Source: Candidatus Electronema aureum (GTDB lineage Bacteria; Desulfobacterota; Desulfobulbia; Desulfobulbales; Desulfobulbaceae). From it: a stretch of 14,014 bases of DNA. Positions 8,026 through 13,901 of this stretch are shown piece after piece. The stretch covers positions 1 to 14,014 of the forward strand of contig NQJD01000049.1 in the NCBI GenBank assembly GCA_004284765.1. The letters are read 5' to 3'. The notes beneath the pieces are model-generated. The model did no database searches. It worked only from the letters and a program-made list of their open reading frames with translations, and was not told where the DNA came from. Position 1 is the stretch's first letter. Every line of letters starts with the position of its first letter. The position numbers were made by a program, and so were the translations under genes.

Positions 8026-8122
8026 GGGGCCAAAATCCGTCTGTGACTGCTGCGTCAGCGTAGTGTTGATTGTTTAACCACGGGCAGGATTGATCATTCA
8101 ACAAACCGAGGAGGTATGATTC

Positions 8123-8818
8123 ATGGCTGGAAAAAACTGGAGTCAGACCGGCGAAGGGCTTGTTAATTCGTCTGCTGATTTTATCAGTGGCGTTGGATCA
8201 GCGTTTAAAGGCGTAGGTAACCGTTTTAAGAGAAGTAAATTCACTCCATTTGTTGAGGCACTGTGCGCAGTGGTCGGCGATGTTGCGTCGCAAAATGGTC
8301 GGTTACAAAAAAAGGAACTTGAAGAATTTCGCAAATTTTTATTGCAAAATTGCCGCGACACTCCTATTTTGGAATTGTTCAAATTAGACGAGTTAGTAAA
8401 AAAGGTAGAGAGTTACGCTGTGTCAGCTTTTCTTTGTGATGAGGAAGCCATCCTGATGGCTGTGAGGAAAGTTGACGATCCAGAATTGGCCAAATTAGTT
8501 ATACTCTCCGCCGTGGCAGTTGCTTTTGCAGACGGAGATTGCGACTCCAAAGAGCGATCCTGCATAGAACGCCACGCAGGTACGTTACAAATTAATTTAT
8601 CCTCGATAGTTGGCCAATTTCAGGTAGAATTGGGCAGCCCGCAAACACCACAGGCTATTTCATCGCCCGCACCTCCAGTGCGGCCTGTTATGCCGCCCCC
8701 GCCGACTCCGGTTTTGAATGATCGGCAAGCAGCTTCTCCGGCAGGCGATCCCTGCCCGATGTGCAAAGGTGCGGGCGGAAATTGCGTATTTTGTAAGGGA
8801 ACCGGTAGGAAACGTTGA
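8123..8818 (+). CDS. TerB-fold protein with a Pro-rich linker and a C-terminal DnaJ-type CxxCxGxG zinc finger
   Basis: A strong SD (GAGGAGG) lies 8 nt upstream. The helical TerB-like core has a degenerate first and a clear second ADG-x3-E motif (VASQNGRLQKKELEEF and VAFADGDCDSKERSCIERHAGTLQINL). The linker reads SPAPPVRPVMPPPPTP. The C-terminus is CPMCKGAGGNCVFCKGTGRKR. Confidence 0.7.
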   Translation: MAGKNWSQTGEGLVNSSADFISGVGSAFKGVGNRFKRSKFTPFVEALCAVVGDVASQNGRLQKKELEEFRKFLLQNCRDTPILELFKLDELVKKVESYAVSAFLCDEEAILMAVRKVDDPELAKLVILSAVAVAFADGDCDSKERSCIERHAGTLQINLSSIVGQFQVELGSPQTPQAISSPAPPVRPVMPPPPTPVLNDRQAASPAGDPCPMCKGAGGNCVFCKGTGRKR

Positions 8819-8858
8819 ACAACGCATCGTGAACCAGAACACTTAAAAGGAGAATAAC

Positions 8859-9437
8859 ATGGGTGTATCATTAAGCAAAGGCGGCAATATTTCTTTGAGC
8901 AAAGAAGTCCCTGGCTTGGAAGCCATTAAGATCGGCTGCGGCTGGGATGCGCAGGCGTTGAGCGGTGCCGCGTTTGATCTGGATGCTTCAGTTTTTCTTT
9001 GCGGCGCGGACGGAAAAGTCACCAAAGAAGCGGACTTTGTTTTTTATGGTAATTTACAGGGCGCGGGCGGTGCTGTTGTTCACGCCGGGGATAGTCGGAC
9101 CGGTGAGGGCGGAGGTGATGACGAACTCATCATGGTATCACTCAAGAATATGCCGCCGGAATTAGTCAAAGCCGCAGTTGTTGTCACCATTCATGAGGCA
9201 GTGAGTCGAGGTCAGAATTTCGGCATGGTTGAGAATGCCTATATTCGTATCATTAATGCGGTTAATGACGTGGAGATCGCTCGCTATGATCTGACTGAGG
9301 ACTACTCTGGCGAGACTGCAGTTATTTTCGGCGAGGTTTATCTGAAATCCGGCGAATGGAAGTTCAAGGCTGTAGGGCAAGGATCGACTGAAGGTCTGGC
9401 ACAGATTTGCGCCAAGTTTGGTGTAAGTGCCTCTTGA
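8859..9437 (+). CDS. terD: TerD-family stress protein (Ca2+-binding TerD/TerE/TerZ fold), 192 aa
   Basis: The N-terminus is canonical: MGVSLSKGGNISLSK. Other family blocks are FDLDASVFL, the Ca-binding loop GDSRTGEGGGDDE, and the C-terminal SGEWKFKAVGQG. The SD AAGGAG lies upstream. Confidence 0.92.
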   Translation: MGVSLSKGGNISLSKEVPGLEAIKIGCGWDAQALSGAAFDLDASVFLCGADGKVTKEADFVFYGNLQGAGGAVVHAGDSRTGEGGGDDELIMVSLKNMPPELVKAAVVVTIHEAVSRGQNFGMVENAYIRIINAVNDVEIARYDLTEDYSGETAVIFGEVYLKSGEWKFKAVGQGSTEGLAQICAKFGVSAS

Positions 9438-9457
9438 TCGTTTTTTTATCAATCACA

Positions 9458-9496
9458 GGGGACAGGCTCATGCGGCATGTCCCCTTTTTCTCTTTT
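9458..9496 (+). terminator. Intrinsic terminator or attenuator between terD and the vWA gene
   Basis: GGGGACAgGC, loop tcatgcg, GCaTGTCCCC (9 bp paired with one G/A mismatch), followed directly by TTTTTCTCTTTT. The vWA gene's SD (AGGAGG, 9499-9504) begins right after the T-tract. Confidence 0.6.
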
Positions 9497-9509
9497 GCAG
9501 GAGGAAGTA

Positions 9510-10286
9510 ATGGCTATTAAGTTGAGAAAGCAGGATGAGGTCGCAGCACGAACAATTGATCTTCGGAAAAAAGTCTCCTTGGTAAAACAGCAGGTAGGAT
9601 TGTTGGCGCAGCCTGCGCAGGTTGAGTTTGTGCTGGATATTTCCGGTTCGTTTGCAGGATGTTATCACGACAACATTATTCAGGATATTGTCGAGCGACT
9701 GGCTCCAGTTGCCTTAGAATTTGATGATGACGGAACCATGCCGGTCACGCTTTTTGGGGTGGATGCTCATCAAGCCCCGGAGATCACGCAAGCCAATCTC
9801 TGTGACTATGTCAACCGCGAGGTAGTGAAGAAATATCCCTTTGAAGGCGGAACGCAGTATGCCAAGCCACTGTGGAATATTGTTCAGCGGCATTTTGGTG
9901 CAGCTGTCCAAGAAGTAACCGTTGATGAAGGCAGCTGGTTTAAAAAGAAAAAAACGGAAACCAGAATCATCCAGCAGCCTGTTGCCAACCTGCCTGTTTT
10001 TGTGCAATTCATCACTGATGGCGACAATCAGGATCGCGAAGAAACGGAACATCTCCTGCGCATGATGGAAGTTTTGCCGATTTTTATTCAGTTTGTTGGA
10101 GTGGGCAATGCCTCTTTTGCTTTTCTGCGTAAGTTAGATGAAATGAACAGGGCGTTCATGGACAATGCTGGCTTTTTTCAAGTGATAGATATTGTGAACG
10201 CATCAGATGAGCAGCTTTACAAAGACATGCTGCATGAGTTCCCTGCTTGGCTGAAAAAGGCCAAAGCCAAAGGTTTGATTCGTTAA
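9510..10286 (+). CDS. vWA domain protein of the TerF-C-terminal type, with a complete MIDAS
   Basis: MIDAS residues are present: VLDISGS (DxSxS), GGTQYA (Thr) and ITDGDN (Asp). Blocks typical of the vWA-TerF-like family are FDDDGTMPVTLFG, PIFIQFVGVG, FAFLRKLDEM, DNAGFF and LYKDMLHEFPAWLKKAKAKGLI. ATG 9510 has an ideal SD; the track's ATG 9477 lies inside the terminator stem. Confidence 0.8.
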   Translation: MAIKLRKQDEVAARTIDLRKKVSLVKQQVGLLAQPAQVEFVLDISGSFAGCYHDNIIQDIVERLAPVALEFDDDGTMPVTLFGVDAHQAPEITQANLCDYVNREVVKKYPFEGGTQYAKPLWNIVQRHFGAAVQEVTVDEGSWFKKKKTETRIIQQPVANLPVFVQFITDGDNQDREETEHLLRMMEVLPIFIQFVGVGNASFAFLRKLDEMNRAFMDNAGFFQVIDIVNASDEQLYKDMLHEFPAWLKKAKAKGLIR

Positions 10287-10324
10287 CTTTCCTGCGTAAC
10301 TCATAGTTTTGGTTGAGCGTTTTA

Positions 10325-11140
10325 CTACCTATGATTTACGCAAGATTGCCGCAGCTCTCCGTTTTCCTCTCCTAAATACGCCCGGATCACCGCTGGATTG
10401 CGACGCACTTCCTCCGGTGTACCCTCGGCGATCTTTCTGCCGTAGTCCATGACAAAAATATGATCGGACAGACTCATCACTAATTTCATGTCGTGTTCAA
10501 TCAAGAGAATAGAGATGCCCTCGTCGCGGATAGCGCAGATTAGCTTATCTAACTCATCAGTTTCCTGTGAATTCATGCCTGCCGCAGGCTCATCTAAAAG
10601 CAAAACAAGCGGCTCTGTTGCCAAAGCTCGGGCGATCTCCAATTTGCGTTGGGCACCATAAGGCAGATTCTTGGCCAATTCATTTGCTGAAGCGGTTAAA
10701 CCGATTTTTTCAAGCAGAGCAAAGGAGTAGGCCACAATTTCTTGTTCTTCTCGTAGCGTCTTTTTGTCCCGAAAAATCGCGCCCAGTAGCCCAGCTTTCG
10801 TCCGACAATGCCGCCCAATCATCACGTTTTCCAGCACAGTCATTGCCGCGAAAAGCCGGATGTTCTGAAAAGTACGAGCCAACCCAGCTTGTGTCACCTT
10901 ATGCGGAGCTAATCCGTTTAGCAGAACAGGTTTCCCGTTAGGCTGTGTGAGGCGAAGCACACCGGCACTGGGTTTGTAAATTCCAGTTAGGCAGTTGAAA
11001 AAGGTAGTTTTGCCCGCGCCGTTGGGACCGATCAACGCAGCAATTTCGCCTTGGTGGACACGAAGATCAAGCCCGTCCAAGGCGCGGATGCCGCCGAACT
11101 GCATGGTCAGGCCGCTGATTTCGAGGATGGGTGCTGTCAT
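10325..11140 (-). CDS. livG: LivG-type branched-chain amino acid ABC transporter ATP-binding protein, present without partner genes
   Basis: Motifs from the N-terminus on: MTAPILEISGLTMQFGGIRALDGLDL; Walker A GPNGAGKTT followed by FFNCLTGIYKPSAG; signature LPYGAQRKLEIARAL; Walker B LLLLDEPAAGMN; and the LivG C-terminal motif NPAVIRAYLGE. Starting at ATG 11140 reproduces the N-terminal spacing of E. coli LivG. Confidence 0.85.
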   Translation of the reverse strand: MTAPILEISGLTMQFGGIRALDGLDLRVHQGEIAALIGPNGAGKTTFFNCLTGIYKPSAGVLRLTQPNGKPVLLNGLAPHKVTQAGLARTFQNIRLFAAMTVLENVMIGRHCRTKAGLLGAIFRDKKTLREEQEIVAYSFALLEKIGLTASANELAKNLPYGAQRKLEIARALATEPLVLLLDEPAAGMNSQETDELDKLICAIRDEGISILLIEHDMKLVMSLSDHIFVMDYGRKIAEGTPEEVRRNPAVIRAYLGEENGELRQSCVNHR

Positions 11141-11144
11141 TTTG

Positions 11145-11581
11145 TCATGGTGAAGCAGCGGGTTGTTCAAAAGGGTTAATCAGCTCAATGCCGCACATGA
11201 TAAAATCACGGATGTTCCGGGTTGCCAGAGCCAGACGGTTGACGTGAGCAACAGCAGCAATCTGCCCGTCTGGAAGACTCATAGGACAGCCTTTTTCTTT
11301 GCATATTCCCATGAATTCCGCATAGGCGCGGGCTGCCGCCTCATCAAAATCAAGGATGCGTCCAGAAAAGCCTTGGGCGACAAATGCTTCAAAACGTGTC
11401 TCAAGCTGCCGCCGCCGTTGACCAACCGGCAGAACACGCAGGCCATAACAGATTTCTGCAATGGTGATGCTGGAGATGAAAAGGCTGCCGCTGTTCTGCT
11501 GATTCAGCCAGTGCAAGACGTTTTCGGCTGGCTTTGGGCGCGCATGACCTCCGAAACTACATTGGTGTCCAGAAGAAGCAT
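11145..11581 (-). pseudogene. vapC: PIN-domain toxin (VapC/FitB-like) interrupted by a 1-nt frameshift in a C-run
   Basis: The ATG at 11581 overlaps the antitoxin stop (TAATG) and reads MLLLDTNVVSEVMRAQSQPKTSCTG*. The rest of the PIN domain (PKPAENVLHWLNQQ...ISSITIAEI...LDFDEAAA...PDGQIAAVA...ATRNIRDF...INPF) is in another frame. Adding one C at the CCC run (plus-strand GGG, 11536-11538) restores a 145-aa PIN protein. Confidence 0.7.
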
Positions 11582-11841
11582 TAACCAAGCTCCAGTGGCT
11601 GATGCGGAGTATGCTCCGGCAGTTCCAATTCAACTCCGGCATCAGGGCCAAAGCATTGCAAAGCAAGATCGCCTAAACGCAGCTGCAAGATATGCCCGCT
11701 GTCAGCTTGCTGTTCCGCACTGGCATCATCGCGAAAAATCAGCGCATTGAGCAGATCAAGGACGCGTTTTGTCAGCTGCGCGCTTTTCAGCGTATATTCA
11801 ATGTGAATTTGCTGAGGTATCCGAATAGTAATGTCGCCCAT
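11581..11841 (-). CDS. Putative RHH-type antitoxin (FitA/VapB-like), 86 aa
   Basis: It sits immediately 5' of the PIN gene with an overlapping stop/start. The N-terminal strand-helix pattern (ITIRIPQQIH...LKSAQLTKRVLDLLNALI) resembles FitA-type RHH antitoxins. The C-terminal tail GVELELPEHTPHQPLEL resembles their toxin-binding tails. Confidence 0.55.
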   Translation of the reverse strand: MGDITIRIPQQIHIEYTLKSAQLTKRVLDLLNALIFRDDASAEQQADSGHILQLRLGDLALQCFGPDAGVELELPEHTPHQPLELG

Positions 11842-13868
11842 CAGTTTTCCTTTGGATTGAATTTGGCAGTGTTCTCGGCCAGCTTCTCCTCCAGCCGCTC
11901 AATCGTCCACTCCAACCGTTCTTGAATTGCCCTTTCTTGGCCGGGAATTTGGCAGGGTTTGAGCTTGGCGAGGATGTCTTCCAGCTTGGCCAGATCAGCG
12001 GCTGTGCCGGTGTATTCTAGATTCCACAGAGCAAGGTCAATAGCTTGAAAGGCGGTGTAGGGGAAGGGCGAAGGCAGCTTGTCCGGGTCGAAGTCTTGGT
12101 GGACGTGGATGATTTTGCCAATCAGGTCAGCGTCGGCCTTGCCAGCCAAGGCGCGGACAGCCGCCAAGCGCACATAATGCAGCGGATGGCCGAGCAGCGC
12201 AATCCCGCGCTCTGCCGGGGCGATGCGGGCCAGCGCGTTGCCGAGCAGGTATTCCCAATGCTCTTTGGGCCAAGTTTTGTCCTCCTGCTTCAGCTCGTTC
12301 TGTTCCGTTTTTTGCCGCTCTTCGCGCCACGCCGCCTTTTCCTGCTCCAGCTCCTTCAGCTCGTTTTCCACGTAATTTTTGGCGGCGGGATATTCCATAC
12401 GGCCAAGCCAGTGCAGGCAGCGGTAGCGCAGCGAATCATCCTTCTTTTTGTCCAGCTTGGCCAAAAAATCAAAGAGTTCTTGCCCGTATCTCCCGGCTGC
12501 GCCCAAGGCATCAAGGGCTGCTTGCCGGGCAGCAAAGTCTTTCTGCTCGGCAGAAACCAGCGTGATCAAAGCCGCATGGACTTTCTGCTCAACACCAGGC
12601 AGCTCGGCAGGATTTTTCTCCCCTTGAAACGAAACAAGCTGGCCAAGTGCCTTGATAGCAGCCCGCCGCAGCTGGACATTCGGCTGATTGAGCAAAGCCA
12701 GCAGCGGTTCCGGCTTGATCCATTCAGGATGCAGCTCGGCAAGAAGCCCTGTCTGCCGAACCGCTTCCTCTTTCACTTCACGGTTTGGATCATTGATGAG
12801 CTGAACAAGCATCTTGGCGGACTCTTCGGTGGCAATGGCGCAGAGCAGCTGGGCCGCTTGTGTTCGTTGGAAAGCATTTTGTGCAGCAAATTTCTCCTGC
12901 GCTTTGCTGAACGCCCGCTGCCGCCACGTTTCCAGCTCTGGGGCCGAAAAATTCATCTGGGCCAAGGCGAAAGCCGCTGTTCGCTGACTTTCCATATTGC
13001 CACGTTCAAGCAATTTTAATCGGATGATTTCAGGTGCGGCTTGAGTTATCCGAAGTCGCCCCAATGCGGCAACAGCGGCTGTTCTGACATCACTGTCCTT
13101 CAGCATTCCCATTAAGACAGGCAGAACCGAATTATCGCCCAAGTTACTGAGGGCTTCCGCCGCAGACTCCCGCATGTACGAATTTTGATCCGCGATGATC
13201 TTGACCAACGCAGGCACAGCCGCGCTGTCACCTAAATTGCTGAGGTATGTCCCCGCAGACTGCCGCACATTCATTTCCCTATTTGCAAGGAGTTTAAGCA
13301 GCGCAGGAGCCGCAGTCCTGTCGCCCAGCCTGCCGAGAACTGCGGCCACACTCAATTGCACGTATGGATTTTCATCCGAGAGAAACTTGACTAACTCCGG
13401 CACCGCCGAGGTGTCGCCCAAGTTGCCAAGGGCTTCCGCCGCCGCTCGCCGCACCTCCTTCTCCGCATCTGTAAGGAATTTAACCAGCTCAGGAGCAACC
13501 GATCTGTCGCCAAATCTGCCAAGAGCATCCACCGCAGACTGCCTCGCCTTTGCATTCTCATTCGTGAGGAATTTAACTAGCTCAGGAATAATCGAACTGT
13601 CGCCAAGGGTGCCAACGGTGTACGTCGCAACCCACCGCACATTCGCATTCTTATCTGCGAAGAGCTTGAACAACTCGGATGCAACCAATTTGTCGCCTAT
13701 ATTGCTGAGAGCGGCCGCCGCAGACCGCCGCACATTCGCATCAGTATCTGAGAGTAATTTAACCAGTACCGGCATGGCCGAACCGTCATTGAACTTTCCT
13801 GTAGCATATGCCGCAGACTGCCGTACATCTGCATCCTCATCTGCGAGGAGTTTGATCAGCGTCGGCAT
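11841..13868 (-). CDS. HEAT-repeat (PBS-lyase HEAT-like) protein, 675 aa as called, probably N-terminally truncated
   Basis: Eight exact-length 31-aa units follow the pattern (V/A/M)P-x-L(V/I)K(L/F)L-x-D-x-(D/N)-x-x-VR-x-SAA-x-AL-x-NLGD. A degenerate ninth unit and about 400 aa of further alpha-helical/armadillo-like sequence with a coiled-coil tail follow. The repeat homology continues upstream of the ATG (see findings). Confidence 0.85.
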   Translation of the reverse strand: MPTLIKLLADEDADVRQSAAYATGKFNDGSAMPVLVKLLSDTDANVRRSAAAALSNIGDKLVASELFKLFADKNANVRWVATYTVGTLGDSSIIPELVKFLTNENAKARQSAVDALGRFGDRSVAPELVKFLTDAEKEVRRAAAEALGNLGDTSAVPELVKFLSDENPYVQLSVAAVLGRLGDRTAAPALLKLLANREMNVRQSAGTYLSNLGDSAAVPALVKIIADQNSYMRESAAEALSNLGDNSVLPVLMGMLKDSDVRTAAVAALGRLRITQAAPEIIRLKLLERGNMESQRTAAFALAQMNFSAPELETWRQRAFSKAQEKFAAQNAFQRTQAAQLLCAIATEESAKMLVQLINDPNREVKEEAVRQTGLLAELHPEWIKPEPLLALLNQPNVQLRRAAIKALGQLVSFQGEKNPAELPGVEQKVHAALITLVSAEQKDFAARQAALDALGAAGRYGQELFDFLAKLDKKKDDSLRYRCLHWLGRMEYPAAKNYVENELKELEQEKAAWREERQKTEQNELKQEDKTWPKEHWEYLLGNALARIAPAERGIALLGHPLHYVRLAAVRALAGKADADLIGKIIHVHQDFDPDKLPSPFPYTAFQAIDLALWNLEYTGTAADLAKLEDILAKLKPCQIPGQERAIQERLEWTIERLEEKLAENTAKFNPKEN

Positions 13869-13901
13869 AACCGAACTGTCGCCAAGATTGGTAATAGAGA
13901 T
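13030..13901 (-). repeat. 93-bp-period degenerate tandem repeat array encoding the HEAT units
   Basis: The nucleotide-level periodicity is visible as recurring gtcgcc(c/a)a(a/g)(a/g)ttgc(c/t)(a/g)ag and ccgca(c/t)attc blocks every 93 nt. It also creates the repetitive antisense shadow ORF 13195-13911. Confidence 0.8.

Noticed and set aside
9477-9509. ATG 9477 as the start of the vWA gene
   Set aside because: That ATG lies inside the terminator hairpin and has no SD. ATG 9510 is preceded by AGGAGG at ideal spacing.
10287-10324. A possible bidirectional terminator between the vWA gene and livG
   Set aside because: Only a 4-bp CTCA/TGAG stem could be found, which is not convincing.
11141-11170. 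TTG 11170 extension of livG (MNNPLLHHDK...)
   Set aside because: It overlaps the vapC 3' end. ATG 11140 gives the N-terminal spacing seen in E. coli LivG.
11582-11666. The 173-aa single-ORF reading of the PIN gene (start 11666)
   Set aside because: Its first roughly 40 residues overlap the antitoxin gene and lack the PIN N-terminal LDTN motif. That motif is present in the adjacent frame starting exactly at the antitoxin stop, so the frameshift interpretation is preferred.
11163-11925. Plus-strand ORFs 11163-11750 and 11692-11925, and the minus-strand ORF 11279-11461
   Set aside because: They are antisense or off-frame to the recognisable vapC/antitoxin genes and have no motifs.
13030-13901. 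Could the regular 93-bp repeats be a CRISPR-like or satellite array?
   Set aside because: The repeats are degenerate and contiguous without unique spacers. They lie in one long open frame that translates into textbook HEAT units.
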